Source: an uncultured Acidobacteriota bacterium (lineage in GTDB: Bacteria > Acidobacteriota > Vicinamibacteria > Fen-336). Taken from it: a DNA stretch of 64,000 nucleotides. Every line of letters starts with the position of its first letter. The stretch's first letter is position 1. Shown piece by piece: positions 9,122-18,861 of this stretch. Location: contig OY970399.1 in assembly GCA_963720545.1 (NCBI GenBank), positions 1,792,001-1,856,000 on the forward strand, given 5' to 3'. Below the pieces are notes generated by a model. It saw nothing but the letters and a program-made list of their open reading frames with translations. It was not told where the DNA came from and did no database searches. The position numbers and the translations under genes were made by a program.

Positions 9122-10273
9122 CTAGGTGCGATCGTCAAGCCTGATCGCGACGTTCAGGACCACGCGCAGGTTGACCGCCGTGGTGCCGGCGGGAACGCTG
9201 ACGTCGACCGGGATCATGACTTCGCGCTCGACGCCGCCCGGGGACACCGGCACCGCGGCGGTGTTGACCGGGACCGGCGTGGCGGGCCGCAACTGGCGCA
9301 GCTGCTCCTGCAGCACGCCGACGTCTTCGCCACTGCGCTCCAGCGTCTGCGCCGGATCGAGCGCGTTGACCGAGCCCGAGAGCGACACCTCGAGGGTGCT
9401 GGGCGGCGGTTGCGGCGCGAGCGTCGTCAGGTTCGGCGGCACCGCGACGTTCAGCGTGGTCGGTTCCTGCGCCACGTCCACGCGGATCGTCATCGGTCCC
9501 GAGTCCGCGGCAGCCCGGTCGCGGGCGACGGTGAGCGCCGCGGTCGGGTCGCGTTGCACGCGGCGCGCGCCGGTAGACAGCGGCTTCACCGGCTCGCTCG
9601 TCGGCGTGACGCGGATCGCGTCGGTCGGCTGGATGCGCTGCGGCCCGGTGACGGGTATCACCTCGACCGCCGGCGCGGCGGCGCCCGAGTACTTGGTGGA
9701 GAGGTAGCGGAACACCAGCGAGGTTGCGGCCTTCAGCGTCTGCTCGACGCCGTCGCCGCGGATCGCCACCGCCTCGATGAACGAGAGGTTCTTCGGGTTG
9801 AGGCGGTCGTTCAGGATCTCGACCGGCAGCGCGTTCGGCAAGTCGCGCTTGTTGTACTGGAACAGCAGCGGGATCGAATCGGGGACGATCTCGTTGGCCT
9901 CGAGGTTCTGCGCCAGGTTCTCGAGGCTCTCGATGTTGGGGTCGAGCATCGGCTCCTGGCTGTCGGCGACGAACACCACGCAGTCCGCGCCCTTCAGCAC
10001 CATGCGACGCGTGGCGTTGTAGAACACCTGGCCGGGCACGGTGTAGAGCTGCATGCGCGTGCGCATGCCGCGGATGTTGCCGAGCTCGATCGGCAGGAAG
10101 TCGAAGAACAGGGTCCGATCGGTCTCGGTGGCAAGGGAAAGCATCTTTCCCTTGTTCTTGATCGGCAGCTTGGTGTGGATCCACTGCAGGTTGGTGGTCT
10201 TGCCACACAGGCCGGGGCCGTAGTAGACGATCTTGGCGGTGAGCTCTTTGGTTGCGTAGTTAAAGAGGACCAT
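9122..10273 (-). CDS. mglA: MglA-like small Ras-family GTPase with about 190-aa C-terminal extension
   Basis: KIVYYGPGLCGKTTNL, TETDRTLFFDF, TVPGQ, NKRD. Confidence 0.9.
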   Translation of the reverse strand: MVLFNYATKELTAKIVYYGPGLCGKTTNLQWIHTKLPIKNKGKMLSLATETDRTLFFDFLPIELGNIRGMRTRMQLYTVPGQVFYNATRRMVLKGADCVVFVADSQEPMLDPNIESLENLAQNLEANEIVPDSIPLLFQYNKRDLPNALPVEILNDRLNPKNLSFIEAVAIRGDGVEQTLKAATSLVFRYLSTKYSGAAAPAVEVIPVTGPQRIQPTDAIRVTPTSEPVKPLSTGARRVQRDPTAALTVARDRAAADSGPMTIRVDVAQEPTTLNVAVPPNLTTLAPQPPPSTLEVSLSGSVNALDPAQTLERSGEDVGVLQEQLRQLRPATPVPVNTAAVPVSPGGVEREVMIPVDVSVPAGTTAVNLRVVLNVAIRLDDRT

Positions 10274-10385
10274 TTAGGGAGCTTTCGGATTCTAACCCCC
10301 AGCGGACGGAGAGCGGCTCGCTCCCCGGCGGGTAGAATCGTCGTGTTCGATACCCAAGCTTCCATCAAAGGGGGTCTTCTTGGTC

Positions 10386-10976
10386 ATGACGGCACTCACA
10401 CTAGGCGGGTTGGCGCTCCTGACGCTGGCGATGGCCCAGGCGGCCCAGGAGCCGGCCCCCGAGCCCACGCCGACGCCACCCACCGGCCCGCGCGTCGTGT
10501 TCGAGACCTCGGTGGGCACCATCAAGGTGGCGCTCGACGACGTGAAGGCGCCGAAGACCGTGGCCAACTTTCTCGCCTACGTCGCGGCGAAGCAGTACGA
10601 CGGCACCATTTTCCATCGCGTCATCCCGGGCTTCATGGTGCAGGCCGGCGGCATGACGCCGGACATGAACGAGAAGCCGACGCAGGCGCCGATCCGCAAC
10701 GAGGCGAGCAACGGGCTGCGCAACTCGCGCGGCACGCTCGCGATGGCGCGCACTTCCGACCCCGACAGCGCGACCGCGCAGTTCTTCATCAACACCAACG
10801 ACAACCATCGCCTCGACTACGGCATCGGCGGCGCCGGCTACGCGGTGTTCGGCATGGTGATCGAAGGCATGGAGGTGGTGGACAAGATCGAGGGCGTCAC
10901 CACCACCACGCGGGCACAGCACCAGAACGTGCCGGTCACGGCGATCACGATCACGCGCGCGTACGTAGCTCAGTAA
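10386..10976 (+). CDS. periplasmic cyclophilin-type peptidyl-prolyl isomerase
   Basis: Signal peptide; [36 protein letters not shown]. Start 10380 or 10386. Confidence 0.93.
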   Translation: MTALTLGGLALLTLAMAQAAQEPAPEPTPTPPTGPRVVFETSVGTIKVALDDVKAPKTVANFLAYVAAKQYDGTIFHRVIPGFMVQAGGMTPDMNEKPTQAPIRNEASNGLRNSRGTLAMARTSDPDSATAQFFINTNDNHRLDYGIGGAGYAVFGMVIEGMEVVDKIEGVTTTTRAQHQNVPVTAITITRAYVAQ

Positions 10977-10995
10977 GCGGCCAGGGCAGGCGCCT

Positions 10996-12768
10996 TCAGT
11001 CGCCGCGGCGGAACGTCTGGCGGAACATCTGGCGGAAGCGCACCTTCACGCCGTTGCGGGTCGCGGGCTCGAACTTCCACTTGGCGATGCCCTCGACCGT
11101 GGCCTTGTCGAGGATCTCGCCGGCCGACTCCACCACCTTGACGTCGGCGGGACGGCCGTCGCGGTCGACGACGATCTCGACGCCGACCGTGCCTTGCAGC
11201 TTGAAGCGCTCCGCGTCGCGCGGGTACGAGATCGGCTCGCCGACGATGCGGCGCGGCGGCGTGATGCCGGGTCCCTCGACGTGGATCTCGTCGGGGTTCT
11301 CGATCGGCCGCACGTGCACCGGCTCGATGCTCGGCGCGGCCGCCACCACGGTGGTGACCGGTGTCGGTGCGGGGGCGGGTGAACGCGCCGGTGCCGCGGG
11401 TTTGGGCACCGGCTGCAGCCTGAAGAGCAACGGCGGGCTGCCGGCCAGCGGCTCGAGCGTGACTTCGGTGGACACGTGGCCGGCGAGCGCCAGCCTGATG
11501 GTGTGCGGGCCGGCGGCCAGGTCGGCAAGGTCGAGCGGCGACAGGCCGCGCTGCTCGTTGTCGACGAACACGCGGGCACCCGCGGGGACCGTCTCGACGC
11601 GCAGGCCGAGCGGCTGCGGCTGCACCGGCGGCTGCGGCAGCGCCTGCGGCAGCGCCGGCACCGCGACACCCAGGTAGCGCGCCGCCTGGTAGCCGCCGAG
11701 CACCAGGGCCAGCGCGCCCGCGGTCCACAGCAGCGGCTTGCGCAGCCGGCTCGGCGCGCGCGCCTCGCCCGTCTCGATGCCCGCGGTGCGCAGGTCGTGG
11801 GTCTCTTCGGGATCGGCGTTCGGCAGGCTGGTGCGCACGACGCGGCCCGAGGCGGTCGTCGAGGTCGCGATCACCCGGCCCGACGCCGTGCGGCGCGTTT
11901 CGCCGTCGGCGGCCCTGTTGCCGCGCAGCGCGCGCACGAAGTCGGCGCCGCTCTCGAAGCGTGCGTGCGGATCCTTGCTGAGCGCGCGCGCCATGACGCC
12001 GTCGATCGCGGGCGGCAGGCCCGGTTCACGGCTGGTTGGCGGCGGCGGGTCCACGTGCACCACCTGGAAGACGATCGAGGTGATCGCCTCGCCGGAAAAA
12101 GCCTTGGTGCCGGTGAGCATTTCGTAGGCGACGACCGCGAGCGAAAAGAGGTCGGCGCGCGGCGAGGCCTCGCTCGTCTGCACCTGCTCGGGCGCCATGT
12201 AGCAGGGCGAGCCGAGGAACATGCCGCTCGCCGTCATCACCGTGGACGAGAGGTGCGCGATGCCGAAGTCGGTGAGCTTCACGCGGCCGTCGGGCAGCAC
12301 CATGATGTTCGCCGGCTTGATGTCGCGGTGGATGATGCCCTGCTCGTGCGCGTAGTCGAGCGCCGCCGCCACCGGGTCGAGGATCGCCATCGCTTCGTCG
12401 AAGCCCAGCCGGCCGGTCTCCTGCAGGATCGACTGCAGGGTCTGCCCGTGCAGCAGCTCCATCACGAAGTAGTCCTCGCCGACGTCGTAGATCGTGACGA
12501 TGCTCGGGTGGCTGAGGGCGCCGGCCGCCTGGGCCTCGCGCCGGAAGCGCTTCAGGTACTCGTCGCGGCTCTCCGAGGTGAAGTTCTCGGGCCGCAGCGC
12601 CTTGATCGCGACCGTGCGATTGCCGAGCGGGTCGTAACCCTCGTAGATCCGGCCCATGGAACCCTCGCCGACGATGCCTCGGACCTCATAGCGGCCGAAG
12701 CTCATCGGCATCGGTTCGGAGACGGGCGTGGGATCGATCCGTTCTGCGCTGCGCAGCGCTTCAGTCAT
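10996..12768 (-). CDS. Hanks-type Ser/Thr protein kinase with TM, PEGA and TonB C-terminal domains
   Basis: GEGSMG, VAIK, HRDIKPAN, DFG, YMAPE; TM; VETVPAGARVFVD (PEGA); YPRDA...GTVGVEIVVDRDG...WKFEPA (TonB_C). Confidence 0.9.
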   Translation of the reverse strand: MTEALRSAERIDPTPVSEPMPMSFGRYEVRGIVGEGSMGRIYEGYDPLGNRTVAIKALRPENFTSESRDEYLKRFRREAQAAGALSHPSIVTIYDVGEDYFVMELLHGQTLQSILQETGRLGFDEAMAILDPVAAALDYAHEQGIIHRDIKPANIMVLPDGRVKLTDFGIAHLSSTVMTASGMFLGSPCYMAPEQVQTSEASPRADLFSLAVVAYEMLTGTKAFSGEAITSIVFQVVHVDPPPPTSREPGLPPAIDGVMARALSKDPHARFESGADFVRALRGNRAADGETRRTASGRVIATSTTASGRVVRTSLPNADPEETHDLRTAGIETGEARAPSRLRKPLLWTAGALALVLGGYQAARYLGVAVPALPQALPQPPVQPQPLGLRVETVPAGARVFVDNEQRGLSPLDLADLAAGPHTIRLALAGHVSTEVTLEPLAGSPPLLFRLQPVPKPAAPARSPAPAPTPVTTVVAAAPSIEPVHVRPIENPDEIHVEGPGITPPRRIVGEPISYPRDAERFKLQGTVGVEIVVDRDGRPADVKVVESAGEILDKATVEGIAKWKFEPATRNGVKVRFRQMFRQTFRRGD

Positions 12769-12903
12769 CTAGTTGCGGAGGACTCTTCAAAAAACGACAG
12801 CCCGTTAGAGGGACGAACGACAGCCAGTGTAAATACGGGAGCGGCGCAAGTCCACTATTCGCGGCGTTCCGGCCGCATTCGCCAGCTTGTCCGTGCTGTC
12901 ACC

Positions 12904-12939
12904 TATACCCGACTCCGCTATAGCCACTGTGGCTATAAT
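12904..12939 (+). promoter_or_regulatory. putative PadR operator(s) overlapping the TATAAT -10 box
   Basis: Perfect inverted repeat TATAGCCAC-T-GTGGCTATA at 12919-12937; TATA at 12904, 12919 and 12934 (15-bp period); TATAAT at 12934-12939. Confidence 0.65.
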
Positions 12940-12944
12940 GGGCC

Positions 12945-13289
12945 ATGGCTCCCAAATCCCCGCCCCTGCCCGCCGCCACCTTCCACATCCTGCTGGCGCT
13001 CGTCGACGGCGAACGTCACGGGTATGCCGTCATGCGCGAGATCGAGGCGCGCACCGGCGGCGCGCTGCGGCTCAGCGCCGGCACGCTCTACCGCTCGATC
13101 CAGCGGATGCTCGAGCAGGACCTCATCAGCGAGACACGCGACAAGGACGCAGCGCAGCAAGGCGACGAACGCCGCCGTTATTACCGCATCACGGCGCTCG
13201 GCCTGCGCAGCGCCGAAGCCGAGACGGCGCGCATGTCCGACCTGGTGAAGATGGCGCGGGCGCGCGGCCTGGCGCCGCGGCGGGCATAG
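12945..13289 (+). CDS. PadR family transcriptional regulator (ADOP-associated)
   Basis: HILLAL...HGYAVM, GTLYRSIQRM, RRRYYRITALG. Confidence 0.93.
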   Translation: MAPKSPPLPAATFHILLALVDGERHGYAVMREIEARTGGALRLSAGTLYRSIQRMLEQDLISETRDKDAAQQGDERRRYYRITALGLRSAEAETARMSDLVKMARARGLAPRRA

Positions 13290-13294
13290 CGACG

Positions 13295-15895
13295 ATGCTC
13301 GGCCTCTGGCACCGGCTGCTGCTCCACCTCTACCCCGCCTCGTTCCGCCACGACTATGCGCAGGAGATGTCGTGGGACTTCGCGCGGCGACGCGCGCAGG
13401 CACGCGGCCCGCTGGCGCTTGCGCTCCTGCTGTTCGGCACCTCGGCCGAGACCGTTGGCCATGCCGCCGCCGCACACTGGGACCTGCTGCGCCAGGACCT
13501 GCGCTATGCCGTGCGCGGCCTGCGGCGCGCGCCGGCCTTCGCGGTCACCGCCATGCTGATGGTGGCGCTCGGCGTCGGCGCCAACACCGCCGCTTTCACC
13601 GTCGCCGACTACGTGCTGCTGCGGCCGTTGCCGTTCCGCGAGCCGGAACGGCTCGTCAAGATCTGGCAGACCCAACCCGGGTACAGCCGCACCGAAGCGT
13701 CGGCCGTGAACTTCCGCGACTGGCAGCAGCAATCGCTCTCATTCGAGTCGCTCGGCATCTTCACCGAAATGTCGCGCAACGTCACCGGGCTGGGCGAACC
13801 GCAGCGCCTCGCGGGCGCGCTGGTCAGCGCATCGCTGCTGCCGACGCTGGGCGTGGCGCCGCTCCTCGGCCGCGGGTTCGGCAGCGACGACGACGCCGCG
13901 GGTGCTTTGGGCACCGTGATCCTGAGCCATGCCCTCTGGCAGGGTGCTTTCGGCGGCGAAGCTGCGGTGCTCGGCCGCACGATCCACCTCGACGACGAAC
14001 CGTTCACCGTCATCGGCGTGATGCCGGAGAGCTTCCAGTTCCCGCGCCGCGAGTCGCAGTTCTGGACGACCTTTCGCTTCCCGCCCGATGCCTACGAGGA
14101 TCGCAACGACAACTGGCTGCAGACGGTCGGGCGGCTCAAGCCCGGCGCAACGCTTGCAAGCGCCCGCGCCGACATGGACGTGGTGGCGGCGAACCAGCGC
14201 CGGCAGTTCCCGGCCGAGCTGGGCGAGAGCGGCATCGCGGTGATCGCGATGCGCGACGAGCTGCCGCGCCAGTCGCGGCTGCTGCTGGTGGCGCTCTGCG
14301 GTGCCTCGCTGTGCGTGCTGCTCATCGCCTGCGCCAACCTCGCGAGCCTGCTGCTCGGCCGCGGCCTGGCGCGCGCGCACGAACTCGCGGTGCGCGCCGC
14401 CATCGGCGCCGGCCGCGAGCGCATCGTGCGCCAGCTCGCCACCGAAGGCCTGCTGCTCGGCGCTCTCGGCGGCGTGCTCGGTGTCGCGTTCGCATGGGGT
14501 GCGGTGCCGCTGCTCGCGCGCCTCGTGCCCGCTGCCCTGCCGATGGCCGGCGGGCCGGCGATCGACCTGCGCGTGCTCGGCTTCGCGGTGGTGCTGACCG
14601 CGCTCACCGGGCTCGCCTTCAGCCTGGTGCCGGCGCTGCGCGCCACCGGCAAGGCGTCGGCGGCGGGGCTGCGCGAGGGCGAACGCTCGGGCGGCGGCTC
14701 GGGCAAGGAGCGGCTGCGCTCGGCGCTGGTGGTCATCGAGATCACGGCGTCGGTGGTGCTGCTCGCCTCGGCGAGCCTGCTGATCCGCGCCCTGTGGACG
14801 GTGCAGGCGCGCGACCCGGGCTTCAATGCCGACAACGTCCTCACCATGACCACCGCGCTGCCGTGGCCGAAGTACCAGACAACGGCCGCCCGACAGGTGT
14901 TCTACGAGCGGGTCCTCGGTGAAACGCGAGGTCTGCCCGGGGTGACCGCGGCGGCCTACATCTCGCACCTGCCGATGGTGGCGCGCGGTGGCATCTGGCC
15001 GGTGCTGGTGCCGGGCGAGCCCGAAGCGGCGGCCGCGGAGCGACCCAAGGCGAGCCTGCGCTTCCTGACGCCGGGCTTCTTCGCGTCGCTGCAAATCCCC
15101 ATCCTGCGCGGCCGCGACGTGAATGCCGGCGACACCGCACACGCGCTGTTCGTAGCGATCGTCAGCGAATCGTTCGGCGCGCAGCACTGGCCAGGACAGG
15201 ACCCGATTGGCCGGCGCTTCAAGATGGCACTCAGCGACCGCACCATCGTCGGCGTGGTGAGGGACATCCGCGTGCGCGGCCTCGAAGGCAGCAGCGAGCC
15301 GCAGGTCTACGTGCCGGCGCCGCAGGTCGCGGACGGCTCGCTCATCGGTTACGTGCCGAAGAACCTGGTGGTGCGCACCAGCGTGCCGCCAACAGGGCTC
15401 GCGCCGGCGATCGGCGCGATCGTACGCGGCGCCGACCCGCAGCAGCCGGTCTCCGAAGTGCGCACGCTGCGCGACATCGTGTCTTCGGAAACCGCATCGC
15501 GCGCGGTGCAGGCGCGCGTCATCGCCGCGTTCGCCCTGGTCGCGGTGCTGCTCGCCGCCATCGGCATCCACGGCCTGCTGACGCTGGCGGTGTCGCAGCG
15601 GGCGCGCGAGTTCGGTGTGCGCGTCGCCTTCGGCGCGCAGCCGCGCGACATCGTCGCCATGGTTTCGCGCCAGAGCCTGCGCCTGGCGCTTCTCGGCGTG
15701 GTGCCCGGCGTCGCCGCGGCCTACGCGGTCGCGCGCGGCTTCGAGGGCCTGTTGGCGGGCATCAAGCCGGCCGATCCGGCGACGCTCGCGGCGATAGCCG
15801 CGTTCGCCGTGGTGATGACGCTAGCCGGCAGCATCGCGCCGGCGCGGCGTGCCGTGCGCATCGACCCCATCCAGGCCATCCGGCCCGAACGCTAG
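13295..15895 (+). CDS. ADOP-type duplicated MacB/FtsX ABC permease
   Basis: QDLRYAVRGLRRAP, LIACANLASL, ELAVRAAIGAGR, REFGVRVAFGA; two MacB-PCD/FtsX halves; no adjacent ATPase. Confidence 0.92.
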   Translation: MLGLWHRLLLHLYPASFRHDYAQEMSWDFARRRAQARGPLALALLLFGTSAETVGHAAAAHWDLLRQDLRYAVRGLRRAPAFAVTAMLMVALGVGANTAAFTVADYVLLRPLPFREPERLVKIWQTQPGYSRTEASAVNFRDWQQQSLSFESLGIFTEMSRNVTGLGEPQRLAGALVSASLLPTLGVAPLLGRGFGSDDDAAGALGTVILSHALWQGAFGGEAAVLGRTIHLDDEPFTVIGVMPESFQFPRRESQFWTTFRFPPDAYEDRNDNWLQTVGRLKPGATLASARADMDVVAANQRRQFPAELGESGIAVIAMRDELPRQSRLLLVALCGASLCVLLIACANLASLLLGRGLARAHELAVRAAIGAGRERIVRQLATEGLLLGALGGVLGVAFAWGAVPLLARLVPAALPMAGGPAIDLRVLGFAVVLTALTGLAFSLVPALRATGKASAAGLREGERSGGGSGKERLRSALVVIEITASVVLLASASLLIRALWTVQARDPGFNADNVLTMTTALPWPKYQTTAARQVFYERVLGETRGLPGVTAAAYISHLPMVARGGIWPVLVPGEPEAAAAERPKASLRFLTPGFFASLQIPILRGRDVNAGDTAHALFVAIVSESFGAQHWPGQDPIGRRFKMALSDRTIVGVVRDIRVRGLEGSSEPQVYVPAPQVADGSLIGYVPKNLVVRTSVPPTGLAPAIGAIVRGADPQQPVSEVRTLRDIVSSETASRAVQARVIAAFALVAVLLAAIGIHGLLTLAVSQRAREFGVRVAFGAQPRDIVAMVSRQSLRLALLGVVPGVAAAYAVARGFEGLLAGIKPADPATLAAIAAFAVVMTLAGSIAPARRAVRIDPIQAIRPER

Positions 15896-15902
15896 CGCGG
15901 CG

Positions 15903-17252
15903 TCAGAAGGCGGCGACGTCCTTCAGCAAGGTCTCGACCTTGGCGGGGTCGAGCTCGAGGATCGACTGGTCGCCCGGCCGGCGCGCATACGCCTTGCCGC
16001 CCGCCTTGCCGATCTCGAACCAGGTGGCGCCCTTGCCTTCGGTGCGATGCACGGTGACACGCAAGGCCGGCTGGTCGAGGCCGTAGGCCGCGTCCTTGCC
16101 GGGCTGGTCGATGAATCCGGTGGCTTCGACGCCGCCCATCGCGAAGAGACCGTCCTGGACGCGCTTCCAGGAGTCGGCGGCGGCGCCCGCGGCGCCGTCC
16201 GCGGGTTTTACGTGATGCGAGGTGGTGGCGCCCATGGCGATGTCGACGGACTCGACCTCGTAGGCGGCGACGTCGAGGAGGCGCTTCGCGCGCAACTCGG
16301 TCAGGCCCTTGCCGAGGTCTTCGGCCACCACCTTCGGGATCACCGCCACGATGCGCGTGTCGGTGTTGCGCGCGAAGTGCTTGCCGTCGTCGCTCGCCTT
16401 GCCGATGTCGAGCGTGCGCTTTGCGCCGTCTTTCAGCTGCAGGGTGAGCGTGCGTTCCGGCTTCGCGAGACCATAGGCTGCGAGGTTGCTGACGTTTTCG
16501 GCTGCCACCTTATCCATGCGCAGGCTCTCGAGCGTGCCCAGCAGGCTGTCCACCGACCAGCGCGCGGCCGCCGCGCGGAAGGGGCTGGTGAAGACCCAGT
16601 CGCCGCCGCCCTCGCCGTCACCCTGGCCAGCGCGTGCCACTTCGTAGGTTCCCTCGGGCCCGCGGAACGCGATCGACTTCACGTCGTCGCGCGCCACGTG
16701 CAGCACGTTGCGGTCGCGCAGGTCGAAGGCGGTCTTCGCGAAGGTGGCGTCGTAGGTCGAAGGCAGCGTGAAGACGCGGCGCGTGCCGGCGATGCGCGCA
16801 TAGGTGCCGGCGTCGGCGGGCGCCTTGTCGCCCAGTTCGAGGGCCAGGGTGGCAGCGCTTTCCTGCTCGAATACCGCAGTTCCGCGGGGCGGCTCGAGCC
16901 CGTAGGCGGCAGCCGAAGGCGCATCGGCGTTGGCGACGGCGCCGAGCTCCAGGCTTTCCACCGACATCAGCAGCGACTGCACCTCGTTGTCGTCGGCCGC
17001 GGCCACGAGCGGCCGGGTGAGACGCCACGCGCCCTTTTCCTTCACCAGCGCGACCTCTTCGCCGCCTTGCTGCGAGAGCGTGATGGCCTTCACCTTCGAC
17101 TTGTCGAAGCCGGCGAAGACCTTTTCGGCCGGCTTCGCCGCATCGGCGGCCGGCGTCTCCGGCTTCTTGCGCTCCACGAACCACAGGTAGCCGCCGACGA
17201 GCGCCGCCAGCAGCAGGACGATGCCGGTGCGCGCGAAGGGGTTCCTGCTCAT
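15903..17252 (-). CDS. DUF4340 domain protein
   Basis: N-terminal anchor; repeated YGLxxP units; DLRDRNVL; last gene of the GldAFG-like cluster. Confidence 0.8.
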   Translation of the reverse strand: MSRNPFARTGIVLLLAALVGGYLWFVERKKPETPAADAAKPAEKVFAGFDKSKVKAITLSQQGGEEVALVKEKGAWRLTRPLVAAADDNEVQSLLMSVESLELGAVANADAPSAAAYGLEPPRGTAVFEQESAATLALELGDKAPADAGTYARIAGTRRVFTLPSTYDATFAKTAFDLRDRNVLHVARDDVKSIAFRGPEGTYEVARAGQGDGEGGGDWVFTSPFRAAAARWSVDSLLGTLESLRMDKVAAENVSNLAAYGLAKPERTLTLQLKDGAKRTLDIGKASDDGKHFARNTDTRIVAVIPKVVAEDLGKGLTELRAKRLLDVAAYEVESVDIAMGATTSHHVKPADGAAGAAADSWKRVQDGLFAMGGVEATGFIDQPGKDAAYGLDQPALRVTVHRTEGKGATWFEIGKAGGKAYARRPGDQSILELDPAKVETLLKDVAAF

Positions 17253-17271
17253 GCCGGGGCGGCCTCGTGCG

Positions 17272-18861
17272 TCAGCTGCGCCGACGCCACCACGTCCAGA
17301 TGCCGGCCAGCAGGCACAGGCCCGGCAGCAGCACCAGCGCGGTGCCGTAGACGAGGCGCCCCTGGTTGTCGGTCAGGAACAGCCGCTGGTCGTCGGGGTC
17401 GCGCGGGCGGATCGAGATGAGGTCGGTGTCCTCGGACAGCCAGGCGATGGTGTTGAGCGTGAAGTCGGAGTTGCCGTCGGCGCCGAGGCCGGCGTTCGTC
17501 GCAAAGTCGGAGTCGCCGAACACCGCGACACGGCCCTCCTTCTTGCGCGGCTCCTCGCCCCCTGGCGGCGTGGTGGGCGCGGGTGAAGGCTGCGCCACGT
17601 CGATGCGCGCGGTGGCCGCGAGCGTTATGGGCCCCTTCTTGTCGGTCTTCTCGTCGAGGCTCGGATTGCCGAGGCTCTTGAGGTCGCTCTCGGCCCACGA
17701 GCCCTGCGAGCTCGAAAGCAACGGTTCGACACGGGTGCCGGGCGGCGCGGTCGCCGCCGGCGTGATGCTGCGCACCGTCTGCAGCCGCACCGGGAACAGG
17801 AAGTCGCGAGTGATCTCGTGCAGCGGGTACTGCTGGATGACGATGCGCTCGTCGGGCGTCACCGCGATGCCTTCGGCAGTGAGCCGCGCGTATACCTCCA
17901 CCACGGTGTCGTGCGCGGTCTCGATGCCCCAGCGCGCGAGCAGCGCCGCCATCTTCGGCATCGCGGCGCGCAGTTCGGGTTCGATCATCACCAGCGCCTT
18001 GCCGCCATGCGCGACGAAAGCGGCGATGCCGTCGATCACCGGATCCTCGAGGTCCTGCTGCGGGCCACCGATGACCAGCACCGAGCAGCGCTCGGGGACG
18101 CTGCTCTCGCGCAGCAGCGACACCTGCTCGCTCTCGTACTGGTTCTTCTCGAGGGCGGCGCGCAGCGCGGAGAAGCCACCCGCCTGCATCTCCTCGAGGC
18201 TGTGTTCGCCTTCGCCGGCGAGGAAGCAGACCTTCGTCTTCTTCTCGCGGGTCAGCTTGATGAGGGCGTTCGTCACGTCCTGCTCGGAGAGCGCGCCGCT
18301 TTGCACCTTCTCGGTGCGCGTGCCCTGTTGCACCACCAGCGTCGGCACCGCCTTGAGGTCGAACTCGCGTGCCCGCGCCGGATCCTTCAGCGCATCGGCG
18401 TACTCCACCTTGACCTTCGCCGAGGCCGCGTCGTACTCGTGCAGCCGGTCCTGCGCCTCCTTGGTGGCGGCCGCGTCGCGCTCGTTCGCGAAGTAGATGA
18501 AGCGCACGTCTTCCTTGAGCCCGCCCAGCACCTTGCGGCTCTGGTCGGAGAGGCCGAAGCGCTGGTTCTTCGTCAGGTCCCAGCGCTTGCTGTGGCGCGC
18601 CACGAAGTAGTTGGCGCCCACCAGGATCGCGAGCACCGCGAGCACCATGACGATGCTGTTGCCGCCGTACTTCACCTGCCGCCGGCCCAGCGACGCGCGG
18701 ATCGCGTCGAAGCGCAGGATGACGTGCAGCACGATGAGAAACGCACCGGCCGCGAGGTAGTACGCGGGCCGGCCGGGCAGCGTACGGCCAAGGGCGCCGA
18801 AGAGCTGCGCGGCCGCGATCACCAGCAGGCCAAGCGGCCCGAGCAGGTCGACGAGGTTCAC
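17272..18861 (-). CDS. GldG-like ABC transporter auxiliary protein
   Basis: RWDLTKNQRFGLS, FLAGEGE, VFGDSDF, N...WL, C-terminal TM ending WWRRRS; GTG start overlaps the upstream TGA. Confidence 0.85.
   Translation of the reverse strand: MNLVDLLGPLGLLVIAAAQLFGALGRTLPGRPAYYLAAGAFLIVLHVILRFDAIRASLGRRQVKYGGNSIVMVLAVLAILVGANYFVARHSKRWDLTKNQRFGLSDQSRKVLGGLKEDVRFIYFANERDAAATKEAQDRLHEYDAASAKVKVEYADALKDPARAREFDLKAVPTLVVQQGTRTEKVQSGALSEQDVTNALIKLTREKKTKVCFLAGEGEHSLEEMQAGGFSALRAALEKNQYESEQVSLLRESSVPERCSVLVIGGPQQDLEDPVIDGIAAFVAHGGKALVMIEPELRAAMPKMAALLARWGIETAHDTVVEVYARLTAEGIAVTPDERIVIQQYPLHEITRDFLFPVRLQTVRSITPAATAPPGTRVEPLLSSSQGSWAESDLKSLGNPSLDEKTDKKGPITLAATARIDVAQPSPAPTTPPGGEEPRKKEGRVAVFGDSDFATNAGLGADGNSDFTLNTIAWLSEDTDLISIRPRDPDDQRLFLTDNQGRLVYGTALVLLPGLCLLAGIWTWWRRRS

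Noticed and set aside
16130..16230. Possible in-frame deletion in the last DUF4340 repeat (WKRVQDGLF looks short)
   Set aside because: Cannot be supported without an alignment; reading frame is intact.
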